From the NCBI GenBank assembly GCA_046563655.1, contig CM102286.1, positions 7,998,001-8,062,000 of the forward strand: DNA of 64,000 nt. Reading direction: 5' to 3'. The notes beneath the pieces are model-generated. The model did not search any database. It was not told where the DNA came from and worked only from the letters and a program-made list of their open reading frames with translations. Each line of letters begins with the position of its first letter. The stretch's first letter is position 1. The DNA comes from Yuukianura sp. NJ FZ-2021. Lineage: Eukaryota. The position numbers and the translations under genes are program-made. Shown piece after piece: positions 52,601 through 62,259 of the stretch.

Positions 52601-53798
52601 CCCATGCCCAATTGCTTTGAATTAACTTTTCTCTTTAGAACCTTTCTAATTCTATTGATTTTTAGAAAATCAGTGACCTATAACCTAAACGAGCTATTCA
52701 AAAACTTTTTTAAGGCAACAGGAGGCTTTTGGTCTTACCGATTCTGATCCAGCAGCAGTCACGAGTTCCTGGAGAGCACGGACGGATAGGGCTTGCTCAA
52801 TCACAAATACGCAGCAACTCAAGTCTGGCGGCACGTTCTAATATTGAATTAGAATTATTAGCTAATTACCAATTACTAATTCACGCATTTTGCATGTCTT
52901 CCGACATTTAGCCCACCGGTATTAGAATTTTGACAAGTGCAAGTAGCATCTCCAAGTTTTTTTTTTCAAAATTTTGAAAATGCTGCACGTCACCTCATCT
53001 TTTTTTCTTTGTCTAACTCTGCTTTCTGAAACCAAAGTACTTTCTCTTCCTGTTTTCTTTCACTTCGCTTCCTGCGTTTTCTTTCACTTCGATCTGGGTT
53101 AGTGCAATTAAGGATGCAAATGGTGATGAAAACTCATTTCGGAATACAAAGTTAGTGAAAGCATCTCTGTCGGCCGAAGTGGATAATACTTTTAACAAAA
53201 CTTGCTCTGCTGTTACGGCGTGAATTTGGGCAACAAAGATGAAAGTTTTACCTTGTCAGCAATATTTTCCAGGAAGCAGTGTCTATTTCCGAATCCTTCT
53301 GCTGCGAGACACACTCTCTCGCCAGTTGCAGTACATGAGAGACAAACATTGTCTTCCTAAACAAAGCAAAACAGGGTCAGAGGTCAACAACTTCAACAAT
53401 CACAAACGCCGTGTTCACATCCAACACGAACTGTAAATTCATTTGTGTGACAGAAAAAAAATCATAACAAATGAGAATTCAATTAAGCTCCAAACTTAAT
53501 TAACAAGCTAAAAGAGAAAGTTTTGTAATTTCGATTTTTCTAAAGCACTGACGAAGTGACGAAACAAAAGTTCGACATTCAGGCATTAACTCGTAATTTA
53601 ATCCAAGCTGAAGCCCAGCTCAAAAACCTAGCTTAACCTTACACATTTCGCTCAACGTTAAGCTTTTACGTCTAACAGTATTCATTCAAGCCAATGGCAT
53701 GATTAATGGATTCTAAAGCTAATGCTAGCTTAGGGTAAACTTACTGTTCGAAGAAATGATACATCATCCTGCTCCGAACTTCCTTCGTTGTCAGCCAT
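13610..53798 (-). CDS. RyR: Ryanodine receptor, complete multi-exon gene
   Basis: Start [18 protein letters not shown] (ATG 53798); MIR/RIH N-terminus, SPRY domains, RyR repeats ([20 protein letters not shown]), EF-hand [13 protein letters not shown], pore [10 protein letters not shown] (~14180-14209), zinc finger CFICG...HVLKEH, end [14 protein letters not shown]; stop TAA 13610-13612. Confidence 0.98.
21120..21229 (-). other. RyR candidate mutually exclusive exon: alternative calmodulin-binding segment
   Basis: 110-nt AG/GT-bounded exon encoding [36 protein letters not shown](R), phase 0 to 2, paralogous to the exon pair 21513-21591 + 21409-21442. Confidence 0.8.
33342..33837 (-). other. 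RyR SPRY2 mutually exclusive exon pair
   Basis: Two 100-nt exons of identical phase: 33738-33837 ([33 protein letters not shown]) and 33342-33441 ([33 protein letters not shown]). Confidence 0.88.
40751..41315 (+). repeat. 5' LTR
   Basis: TGTGGGGGTT...AACCCCTCA imperfect terminal inverted repeat; AATAAA 41215-41220; no difference from the 3' LTR seen by eye. Confidence 0.97.
42662..42784 (+). CDS. Retrotransposon sORF-a, 40-aa hydrophobic peptide
   Basis: [40 protein letters not shown]; below the ORF-track cutoff, translated by hand. Confidence 0.45.
   Translation: MQIIEWFLWLVGFLMWFGIASVGVRLVFLVLLVRLVLYFF
42987..43103 (+). CDS. Retrotransposon sORF-b, 38-aa hydrophobic peptide
   Basis: [38 protein letters not shown]; translated by hand. 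Confidence 0.45.
   Translation: MYSPFLYIVLIVVIATIGVIVQRIVVFFLVSLLLHFLE
43150..43563 (+). CDS. Retrotransposon sORF-c, 137-aa predicted membrane protein upstream of gag
   Basis: First ATG at 43150; long hydrophobic stretches, basic patch [12 protein letters not shown], tail PRRRL; stop lies 12 nt before the gag ATG. Confidence 0.6.
   Translation: MQIFWSFLKTVVFLGLAAFFGICFILLVLETVYLIATFLSHITYSCLIATFSVVSDYIALHIIPVFYLRQAPRTYRYFFRVLIGTETYYFLALIVRVLYYHWDFFGPIYRWLFKAFANAQGWLVFESEPRVDPRRRL
43576..44973 (+). CDS. gag: Gag (capsid domain plus CCHC zinc knuckle)
   Basis: [10 protein letters not shown]...LTGVASAWF...[12 protein letters not shown] retrotransposon gag pattern, [20 protein letters not shown] (C-X2-C-X4-H-X4-C). 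Confidence 0.92.
   Translation: MLSYFARPFASTPQQDGQSPQHILSQSTIPMDTATQTLPPTLNLSTQGQPAAVHFAPTQAQFVPTPPTPASTIASPAAVQASIPQIFRNFPPPDPSKQDIKIFKHIRQYDGMSDPAEYMARYKYDLGGSGFGAFGALSHFDRVLTGVASAWFVSIWPHFREQLQVPYADAENIWSKFEKEFVSHFSLKERREVFKAQSKALRFKIGDNIDQYVAEKIQILSKLDPMMPESRKVEQLVRGLPHELEQAFVMQNIQTPSEFQKILRRVADVHTRSKGSSDPMVSLRGLETQMAPAIPNANFPTTVPYQVQQYQRPPAQAQPAVQTAPQPDRPFPPQQNRRSDDGKPICDYCNNIGHIVRYCHKWWWSQGIDPLTRNCRPLRPRNNPNNQQPQQLASYSQAVQRPFPNVDSRPLQTSPHQPQSFQNPQTGPPAQENQWVPSMMSAFSTMTDLLTNIASAVLPKPPENQ
44877..48272 (+). CDS. pol: Pol part 1: aspartic protease, reverse transcriptase, RNase H (-1 frame relative to gag)
   Basis: LCDTGAS protease motif after ~300 aa of low-complexity leader; [37 protein letters not shown]; RNase H HCDASG, TDHHSL. 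Confidence 0.96.
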   Translation: MGSFDDVCFLYNDGSSYKHRIRRTSKTSGKPIELPLQGRQLLLPPNPVSQIKVQAPPRVCPTRPKSRKIKQPKFQTHKNCSAFGRKHNSKIPIIPEEFLSKLQALFDHHRTCPKSNPQPISPLVVGEATTTFPNFCSDAAVPTVPTSLRNSAATNPTSLLGPTTTTTTAAATTTSVLPPTQPTAAVPKFVSVCVGPSEPCPSAFVCGPTQLNPLAVSLTSKFGISPSNVSRVADWVNYSAPEFSAANSKVPDPTSFDFDSPPKSPSHDSEFPSGISAAKFISGIDSTPHSTFHTDVVFGSTTLRVLCDTGASLCCVHPDFLRRFPNIVSQAVDVQPVRVKLSFGSYVRCGSPQTTMITFSIAGVSFQYPFYIFQHLSNEIVLGSDFLRSQHFLLDPANERLVKGELPCTDLRNEYVCIPKSQVPVLNKLTLSETEEVSDSPSIPKSSEAEPKSIPPKCTASPKNQNPLAIDMALNSSQSPDTSNSPSLLDSEASFVSNSNLSQNSTPPPCLRLARSILINPRTMKRVSVKTDLPFTGDILVSPRRELQHAKHIAIGNSISTLKDGSGVTFLWNLSDRPVKLLQNISIGTFEPFAESSVLCDLDEFDHVSSKSSQSSLPAHEILGLSVNDDAEIATLKLQKRIEAFQISNSLTPEQRQIMQDFLVANLDVFNFDPATLGRTHLTTHKIDTGSAKPIASHPHRTGFTERREIQNQVERLLNLNAITPSDSPWCSPVLLVKKPDESWRFCVDFRKVNAVTRKDSYPLPRIDDTLDRLNGAKYFSSMDCDQAYYQVEVEPEDREKTSFVTPDGQYEFVVMPFGLTNAPATWQRLIDNVLGRLKWSIALVYLDDVVCYSRTFEEHLDHLAQIFCALRRAGLSLKPKKCNFGEDSLKFLGHIVSRNGIAVDPNKTKAVREFPTPTTVRGVRSFIGLCSYYRRFIEGFAEIARPLHLLVAAKRGTPFHWTPEAETAFQTLKDKLTSPPVLAFPDEEAETSVHCDASGLGFGATLCQIQDGKERVVAYASRAVSPSESKFGTPQLEMKAFVWAVEKFRPYLYGRHFKVVTDHHSLCDMLKFKDPYGQISRWSLALQPYDFTVIHKSGRVHTDADPLSRNPVDPAPLTQTIWPLNIIFWP
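48218..49945 (+). CDS. Pol part 2: integrase (frame open from 48218, -1 relative to Pol part 1)
   Basis: HHCC zinc domain (HNDSLSH...CHLC), DDE core (LDYLGP, SDRGTVF, ERHNG), GPY/F module WIGPYKV, long S/P-rich tail ending in basic residues. Confidence 0.94.
   Translation, partial: PSPSDTDHLAIEHHLLALAVSPESPRRVRDAKLKDLQLKEPEWLPVIEYLKAEQSGTSHSLPEPKKLREHSLRDGILYRMNYSEFGNLWRLCLPKSLRKSSMESVHNDSLSHLGLHKTWHLLRSRFYWPRMYRDVVKFVTSCHLCQIHNRRNFALPPNSAGLDVPAIPFHTIALDYLGPFPVTARRNKYILTVIDLHTRYVEAWPVPAADSAQAIKVLNKHVLFRHGIPKIILSDRGTVFLSDEFEDFLSLHAIEHRSTTSYHPKSNGVCERHNGTVKSVIAKFVSENHKDWDLHLPRAVFSINCSVHRVTNFSPYFLVFGREPVLPVDRLFPLPREYLEPDDALDRLFVANNVAHELSREQQLLRVKAQLQIRFPTYVVGMKVLLRNFQRKKGRVGKFTKKWIGPYKVIDVLHNGTVRITSVPPRQPHETVVNVQRLKPYHQRVSDTSDADSSSSESSDNDFVPPPVSDPDLSSTLPKLPIPTEQNDPLTLPVTPNQNSDPPNVDLNDQNQSRDPEILIPPILLAQDTLHPVASEIPVFCAPASVKTPISSRPKRAAYTKALSCISRLAKPKKR
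49990..51183 (+). CDS. Retrotransposon ORF3, 397-aa Pro/Ser-rich predicted disordered protein of unknown function (not env)
   Basis: Uninterrupted ORF filling the space between integrase and the 3' LTR; ATG directly follows TTCTTTTTATATATTTTTAG; acidic N-terminus, basic C-terminus; no signal peptide or TM segment. Confidence 0.72.
   Translation: MDPPHDDDMMDEGDDASEGIAEIDLAAEDDLLNSPPQNDAVSRSSSSSSSSPSPTVIAAPISTPAIAPIPDDDWDMPTAAASPPKSPKKLNRQLFSPSSSSFQPNSPQKSLQDMVSAPPPAPRPRLASVVVVVPPKSQDSATFRRPRDPAPKSKLQAQRHGSAKIPSLLDLQFPNGPPKQPPVGRSRSSSPTALTRKMSNVSLSPRTPKNPQNPGPSTSSKSVPPVRAQFRSNRPSPYNARPAPPRNRSASPQIRPLSPNSRPVSPATSSTSPIPSTSTSITVPVTSAASQFPFSSIPPGYFPYYTLLPNSATSVTFTFNSPPTPILTPPPAPVVSAPAASAPPAPVQGRFPPVPPNPPAPNRQQRRARWWALNSANAPPPPRKNSPKRRDPPAPPK
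51236..51800 (+). repeat. 3' LTR
   Basis: 565-bp direct repeat of 40751-41315. Confidence 0.97.
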
Positions 53799-54876
53799 TT
53801 TATTTCAATACGCTTAACAATGAGCGGCAAACAAGGTCATAGTTTACGTCTTAGTTCAAAATTGTGCACAAGTAAAACAATGGCGACGAGCACTTAGGAT
53901 CCGAAATAGTCATTGGCTGCGGTTCAGCGATTAGTCAGATTCCAAACCCTGGTGACTTCAGACACAACTTTGACACAACGTTGGGAACTACACCGATAGA
54001 GGCCACAGAGGCTTCCACTAGCCACGAATTCTAGAATAATCGGAGTTCACACTTTTGAAAAACGAGATGCTAAGATTTTAAAAATAGATTTGCAAAATAC
54101 TGGGAGCAATAGGAGACACAGCAGCGTTGGTGGAGATGCTTCCCCTCCAGCCTAAACCAAACAACGGATTCAGATGTTGTGGCTGGAACGACTGAACATT
54201 TCACTACGGCTATTTTGCTCAATTGAAAAGACCGACTTAGTTTTAGACTTAAGCGAAGCACGGCGTGCGCTTCTACGCCGACTCCAAACCATGCCAAAAT
54301 CATTTTTAGAAAAAAGAAAGACACTCCACTTCTTGCAGTCAGACTTCACTCCAATTCCAATTCAACTCCCTACACTGTGAATAAGATACTTGCGAAACAG
54401 AGATACTTGGCAAGAGAACAAATATTCCTTCCGTATCCGGGACTCTCGAACTCGCTTCTTCACATCCTAAGCAAAAATTAAAGTTGGATACATGAATACT
54501 TGGAGGAGAAATTCATATGAAGTTTCGTTTATTAACCTGTAGTAAATTTTGGTAGAATAATTGATAACTCTTGACAAGACATTGAGAACCGAATGTATAA
54601 AATCAGTTGAGGGTTTTAGAATTAATTTTGTTTTTCCAAGAAATTAAATGTTTCAAGCCTTTTAAAGATGTCCTCCAAGTATTGTTGTTGTTGTTGCTTT
54701 TTTAAGTTAAAGTATCTTACGCTTATCAGAATCAGTACGAGTGTAATGTGTATTAGTTTCGGTCATCCAGTAGATGTTAGCCAAGCTATCATACCTTAGG
54801 TAGTATTTATTGTGTGTGGACATACAACATGCATGACAGTAAGATTATTCTGGTGATGACCGGAACATGGGACTCC

Positions 54877-56191
54877 TCAGTTACGGTCGGTCTCCCGCAT
54901 TTTCTGCTCCACTACATCGTAAGCATATTCAGATGAATCGGTAGCCTGTAAAAACGCAAAAAGTAATAAAATTAGACCATCAGTGTGCCCAATAGTTTCC
55001 AGATGTTATTAGGGCAGAGTATGGAAACAGTACCTGGATGGTTTTATGCACACCGACGAGGACTTTCTTCAATGCATCGAAACTGGAAGTATTCAACATC
55101 TTAGACCGTGTCTTTGCCGTATCCGGACACCAGTTCATGAGGAACAATTTTTGCTTCTTTGTAGCCTAAAAAGAAATAGATTAGGATTAATAAACCACCA
55201 ATTCATGAGTTGTAAGAATTCCGATATACTGTGAACAAGTCACGATCATTACCTCAGTGGTCCCTTGACACTGGTGAGAATATTCAAAGTCGAAGAGTCC
55301 GTAACGGCAGGAGGCAGGACCATCTTCTTGAAGGGCCTTGATAAAATCGTCATAAGTAGCATCACGTGGACCTAGACAAAAGGAAATCGGTTATACATGA
55401 AGACATACGAACAGTGTGTCCATTTCCAAGACCACGTCATCAAAAAACAAGGCATGTTCGGTATGTGCTCACCTAGGTGCTCTACTTCGATTTGCTTCTC
55501 ATCCTTGATGTAGTAAATGACAAAGCGATGCTTCTTGTCCTTCTTGATCTCATCGTATTTAACCTTACAATCATCCGCTACTGTGACACCGGAAGACTGA
55601 AATAGAATAAGAATACTGTTCACTTTAACCGAACTTAAAAAGGCAGCAGTGCGGTTGTCGTCAGGAAATCGTTGTCTTCGAGCAGGCCAATCAAGCAAAT
55701 GTCGATTCGTTACTTAACGTTAATTTAGGAATTTAGCTACTTCCGGATGAAAATTCATGGTTTGCCAGCATGTTAGATGTACGTCAAGGAGTACAGTATC
55801 GATACCTTTACGTTAATCCTGATAAAAACAATAATAAGAGCAAAAAGCCGGGATCTTTATCTTAAGATCATTCAGGATCTAAGGAAACTGTAATGGTCAC
55901 AAATGTAGGGGATGGGCTACGGTTGGGTGGAAAGTCATTGTTAAATTTAAACTGACATAACATGACTAAACGTCAAAATTTAAGGATTAAGATAACCTCA
56001 TCTGACCCAACCATGCAAGTACGAGTAAGCCGCCCCTGTCTTTTCGGCTTCCCTATGAATCATAGGCCCATGACAATGTAATTCCTTCAACTGTCGATTT
56101 CTAGCGACTTAATTGGCTACGCTCCTTGCCAGTTTGGTTTTTAGAAAGCCGGGGTCAGTAGTGCGTTTAGTATTGTTAAGTGACTTACCAT
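54877..56191 (-). CDS. tsr: Cofilin/actin-depolymerizing factor (twinstar-like)
   Basis: ATG-only first coding exon (56189-56191, ATG|gtaagt); SSGVTVADDCKVKYDEIKKDKKHRFVIYYIKDEKQIEVE, CRYGLFDFEYSHQCQGT, WCPDTAKTRSKMLNTSSFDALKKSLVG, end QKMRETDRN*. Confidence 0.95.
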
Positions 56192-57179
56192 TATTGAATT
56201 TTGAGTGTAGATTTGACTCCAAAATCGCAAGTAATCGTGAGGGCGAGTAAAATGGCAGGAGGAAACAGGAAAGAGTAGACACACGTATCGAACTATTCAA
56301 AGAAAGAAAGATGACTGTCGAGTGAGTCGAATGCCGAAGTTAGCAACCACAGGGAGCGAGCGGAGCGGCAGAAGCAGGGATCATCGGACTCTCCCTTTCC
56401 CGTTTCTCCCCTCTTTTGGTAATGCAGCACAAGAGCCAAGGAAAAAGAGAGAGAGGGAGAGAGAAGTGAGTAATGGGCTGACGTAAGCTTTTCCCTGCTT
56501 CCTCTGCCCTCTCATGCACTTTACTTGCAATACACCGAATTTCGCGTTCTCAGTCAGCTGACCATGACCAACAATCGTCACAATTATCCAGAAAACATGC
56601 TTAACCTAACACCAATTAGAAATTAACCAGGAATTTTATACAAATTATTGTCTATTTTTCTAAGAAGTCCACTCAACCCATTCAAATTTAAACTTAATTT
56701 GTGGTCGAATTTGACCAAACTAAACGCGATCGTACCCATAATTGGACATGACATTTTCTAGTTTGTAACGTAATGTAACTGCGCGTGAATCATGTTTTGG
56801 TAAACAAAAAATGACAAGTACGTTCATGTTATCTATCGACCCTCCAAGCAACCGAAGTTGCCTCTGAGGAATCTGCGAAACAGAGATCAGGAATGGAATT
56901 CCTAAGGGATTTCTAAAGACTTTCCAAAGCATCCCGAACAGGGATCTCAAAGGAAGATTCAAAACTGTAACCACGAATTTTTTTTTAGAAGTTCATAAGA
57001 TTGGCTTGCTTCAGCAAGCCGAATTTCGTCTTCCGTTGCTTGCTAAACTTCATCAATCTTATCTTGGTTGGGTTCGAAAGTGGACTTCTTGAAAAAAATA
57101 GACAAACATTTGCATAATATTTATTTAAAAATTGATTAAATGATGAACAATTAATTGAAGAAATAAGAACGCAAGAACC

Positions 57180-60100
57180 TTAAATTAAACCCCGCTTCCT
57201 TTTGTAATCGTCCAAATTCAATGACCGCCTTGGAGCAGGTTCTCGAATAGGAGGGACCGAAGGTCGTGACACAACGGGAAGATTTACTGAACATAACATC
57301 AAAATTTTGATTAAACTTGGTATTGAAACATTCGAAAATGAAAAGTGTAGAACAAAATGTGAATCTTACGTGGTAACTTTGCATCGAGTTCCAGATTAAT
57401 ATCAAAGTCATGGGCCGAAAATAAATCGTTGGTGGTTAAAACTTTCTTCGGTTTTCCATCTATTCCGACTACATCAATCTTTAGCGGAGCTGTTATGTCC
57501 AACGCTTCCAAAGGAGGCAATTTCTGGAACAGTACAACAGTAGGCAAGTTATTAAACTAATCATAATAAGATTTCTTCCTAGAGCGATCATGTAACTTAT
57601 TTTTAAAATGAGGATCTTACAATTACAGGTTTTTCTTCAACTGGAGCTGGAGGAGGTTGTGGATCATCTGTCACTGTCACTGTCGTATTTTCAGCATTTT
57701 CATTCTCATCGTCATCTCCACGGCGCAGCAGGTCTTCGTTCTTGATATCATCGATGGCAGTGATTTCTTGAATTTCATCTAGGTCTAATTTCACGACCGT
57801 AGTGTTGAAGCTGCTTTCAGGAGTATAAGGAGAAAGCTGCCCCGGCGTTGAAACTCCACCAGGAGTTAAACGATTGACGACCATCGGCATTGGTTTTGTA
57901 TTGCGCCTTGTAAACGGATCCTCCACTTTCTTTCCTTTACTCTCCTTAAGTTCCTCCTAAAGTAACAACGAAAAACATATTATGCAGTGTTTTTGTTCTA
58001 TACTCATATGCTGTACTACTACGTCCTAATTTCTTGATTTTTACCATGATGGCCATTTCCGCCTTCTCGACATTCTTCTTCCGATTGCGTTCGTTGATAT
58101 AACTAATACTTTGTATGCTTTGGGATCTTGCTTTGTCCAATTCTTTAGCCCGTTCATCCAGTTCCGCAATTTCCCTTCCAATTTCTTCAACTCGCATGTC
58201 ATCTCCTCTAAAATCCGGAAGCAACACATCAATTTTTCCAACCATGAAGGCTTATTAGTCATTCGAAATTTTACCGTTGTTGAGCAGTTTCCTTTTCCTT
58301 CATCAGCTGCGTCTTCCTTACGGCGAAGTTTACTGGCGACTGTTTGAACCGTTGTTTCTCTTGAATGATCTATAAATGACGATAAAAAGGATTTACCAAT
58401 ATTTTTGAAATAAGCTAGTCATCGATAAGTGCTCAGAGAATTTGCTTTTATAACTTACGTGCTCAACATCAGCGTCTTTAAATTGATAATTACTGGCCTC
58501 CTTCAATTCCACTTCCTTCTTTTCAACATCTTGCATAGTAGGCGGACTAATGTTGGCAGAACGGCAAGACTGAAGCCATTTTAGGAATTCTTCATCTGTG
58601 AACTCTTGTGAACTTATAAACTCCAGTCGAAAGACCCTTTCGTCCAATCCATGTCGGAGTCTAAATCCTTTGTTTGTTCTTATCGAACTTCCTAATTTGT
58701 AGATTTTCGGTGTCTCTACTACGTCGATAATTTCAGCAATCTGACGAATGACGAAACAAGCAAAACATCAGGATTCAGTTACATTCGTCTACATATAATT
58801 TAAAAACAAACTGATCGGAGTACCCGGTAGACTGATTTCTGCTCCTTCGGATTGTGCCCAATTCCTAGACGAACAAACATTCCTTTTGCCAAGGTATTGA
58901 AGAAAGGGTAGTGAAGATATTTTTCAATCTTTTGCCTGGATAAGCGGAGACGACTGAGCTGCGCGTTATTAGTGATGATAATCGGCTTTCTACAACAATT
59001 CGCAAAAAGTAACGATTAATAATTACATTCGAAGTCAAGACGAAGAGTTACTAACTTAGCTAAAAACTATGAGACTGAATTACTTGTGCTCAGACTCGGA
59101 GTCGGAATCGCTGGATGAGCTGCTTCCGCCTCTGTCTCGTTTTACCTTCAATGTCGATCCAGTCTCAACATCTGACCCGCTGTCATCAGAGTAAATGTCT
59201 GAAGCTTTAAGTTTCTTCTTCATTGATCTCTCTGTGATGGCGGATGACACGTCATCTTTCACATCGAAGTCGTCTTCACCTGCGCCTACAGCAGTCATTT
59301 CCTCCCGTCGCTTCTCTTGTTCCAGTCTTTGTTTCTCTTTTTCTTCTTCTCGTTCCTTTTTCGCTTCACGTTTCGCTTTGAGCAAATCCATTGCCTGACT
59401 CTTTTTGTCTGTTCTTCCTTCTACCGTCTTCTTCCTTTCCTTGCTTCGCTCTTTGGCGTCCATCTTGAATTTCGACATTAAATTGTCAGATTTCTTTTGC
59501 CTAAACAACAAATAGAAACTCAAACATTTGTCAAGCTATAGCGTCAATCAAAAAGTAAACGTACATTTTCCGTTCTTTCTTCCTGGCTTGTTTCAATTTC
59601 TTCTCGATTTCATATCTCGTCTTTTTAATTTCCCGAGCTTCAACTCGTTTAAAAATTTCTTGCTCTCTTTCCTTTTCGGTCATTTCGCTGAGACGTTTCT
59701 TGTCTTCGTCGTCACCCATGAGATTTTCGTCGTATCCGTCGTCGAATTCCCCATCAGAACTTTCGTCGTCTGAGTCCGAGCTGGAGACTTCCCCTTCTTC
59801 GAGATCAGAAGCGGTTGCTTTCTTTGGTGGGGAAGTGGATTCAGTAGATTTCACCGCAGGAAACGTTTCGTCCTCGTCTGATTTATCATCTTCTTCATCA
59901 GATCCAACAGTTGAATTTCTGGCAGAAGATTTTTTGGTTTTCTTTTTCTTCTTCTTGTGCGTTGTTTTTGCACCCCAATCTGAACCGGATCCCGAAGAAT
60001 CCGAATCGTACATCTCCTTCAATTTCTTTGGTGCAGGCGTAGATACCGGGGATACTGCTTTCTTCTTCTTGGATAATAGCAGCATCTCCTGATAACAGAA

Positions 60101-60303
60101 AACAATCGTATGAATTTCATCATTAGGAACCCGTACGATTCTGGTGATTGACTCGTTTTTAAGCCAACCAAATTGGTTTAAAGCGTTCCATTTTTCCTTC
60201 GTACCTGCTCTAGGTCAGATCCAGATCCTGACCCTGCATCACTGTCACTGTTTAGCATATTACCCTTACGCTTCAATCCACCGCCACCACCGCTTCCTAC
60301 CAT
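57180..60303 (-). CDS. RTF1: RNA polymerase-associated protein RTF1 (Paf1 complex; Plus3 domain)
   Basis: [43 protein letters not shown], Plus3 [10 protein letters not shown]...FVRLGIG...[28 protein letters not shown], end [16 protein letters not shown]. Confidence 0.95.
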
Positions 60304-60810
60304 TGCTGGACTAACTTCTTATGAATAGGCCACTGTAGTATCGTTGATCTTTCTAAGCAGCAGACAACTAACTATACAAAGGAAATATTATTATACATAT
60401 TCGGAAACCGAATTCCGACGCTCACAACAATTTATTTTACACGGGTTTGCAATTCAAAGAAAATGATAAATCTAATACCTGAAGTTCAGTTTTGAAAAGT
60501 ACAGCGATCAGGAACCATTCGAGAATACGTAAATATCTCTCGGACTCCTTTGTTGTTAGTATTCAGACTTCAGACAATGATCAAGATCATGGTTGGACAA
60601 CAAATACGGGGTCTCCAACTCTCAGTGATTGATAAATGGAGATGAATGACGTCTACTAGCAGGACGATGACCCACTAAAAAGACACTTGGACTTTACGAA
60701 CTTGACAATGACAAACCTCACAGGCACTACCCTTTCAAGGGAAAGGAAGATGTTTTTAAAATTTCAGCCATTCGAAACTGCAAATGCGAAATGACAAAAT
60801 AAAAGAAATG

Positions 60811-61242
60811 CACAGTGGGGCAGAATCAAAAATAACGCGCCACCGTTGTTAGGGGAAACGTGAAGTTAAATTTTGCAATTACATTAAAAATGAATGCCAA
60901 AATCAGGATTTACAAAGATCAAATCGTCCAAAAATGTCCATTACCTACAGATAACCTGAATATCGTAATAAAAACTAGACAGCATCACGTACCAAGTCCG
61001 ACCGCCACTTGGCGCCACTTTACCAATTTAGTATTTTTAACTGATTTTTGAAGTTGGTGAAAAATTTGGTGAATGGGGGGTCAGCTAGGTCACCACGCAT
61101 AAAAATTGAAGGCGCATAGTGTTTTCAGTTGCTATGCCGATAGTTTAGCGATTGTTTCGCCTCCATAATTGTGTATTTTTCAACACTTAATTTGTTTCCC
61201 CCGAAACGCTTGTCGTTGTTTGTATGAATCGACCCCACTGTG
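60811..61242. mobile_element. Transib-like MITE (432 bp)
   Basis: Terminal inverted repeat CACAGTGGGG...CCCCACTGTG (10 bp perfect, imperfect to ~20 bp); 5-bp TSD AAATG at 60806-60810 and 61243-61247; no coding capacity. Confidence 0.82.
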
Positions 61243-62259
61243 AAATGTGAAATGTAAAATACCAAATATTGTCCAGTCAAACTGTTTCCATTATAAGGAA
61301 TTTCATAAATTAAGTACTTTGTTATCAATTTAACATGACTTAAAAACATACGTAAGACAAACAAAATACATTATAAGAATACGTAAAATGTAAATACATA
61401 CATAAAATATCCCTATCCGCATTACCATTAGGAATAATTTGAAAAGTGCAAACTGTTCGAAGATTGGCATTTAGCAATACTGAGGTTGATTCACCAGTTT
61501 CGCACGAATTCCAGTCTAGCAGGCAGAGGCAGACCCATCCATTTCATGACGGGCGACAGAATCCAAACAATGCGGGTACATCATATCCATGCGTGCTAAC
61601 ATTAACCGTTACTTAATTTTTATTAATATAAATTGATGTAAACACTTTGAATGTAATTAAAGAAAAGCCGTGCGAATTACGCCTGGCCTTTAGCGAATGC
61701 GGTAGGACTGGGAGTTTCATGGTGTAAAAACTGCGGTGATATTTAGCGGGTACGCTTTTTAGTGGAAACTAAAACATTAGAAGCTTTAACCTAACATACC
61801 CGGCAACAGAAAAGTGATATTCTTAAATTGTGTGGTGTAGCCACCCATTGTTGTAGCCGCAGATGTTCGTTACACCTTATTCCCACCAAGCATGTTAATG
61901 AAGAACCGAAAAAATGAAACCGGAGACTAATAAATTAATTTTAATCCTCAAATATAAGCAGAATTTTATGAAAACTCATAGAAACTGGAATGAAGTGTCC
62001 GAAAATTATGTTCAAATAGCCTAGAATATTTTGCATTTAAATTCGTATAAATCTATAGACTAATTAGGGGTTAAGGGCTCAGGCTTGACGACGGGGTGCC
62101 AACGTTTTTGGCACTTTGTGATTGTGTTGTAAATTCAGTTCATGTCAAAAGGTTCCATTATGCTTGGTTCCTTTTGTTCTCAGCAATTTTAGTTGAATAG
62201 ACGCGGAGGTGGTGAACCGACACGGTGAAAAGGAAACACTTAAAGACTTCAAGGCATCA

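Noticed and set aside
53052..53091. 16-bp direct repeat GTTTTCTTTCACTTCG in RyR intron 2
   Set aside because: Simple local duplication with no further structure
56189..56191. ATG-only first coding exon of cofilin
   Set aside because: A well-known conserved feature of ADF/cofilin genes
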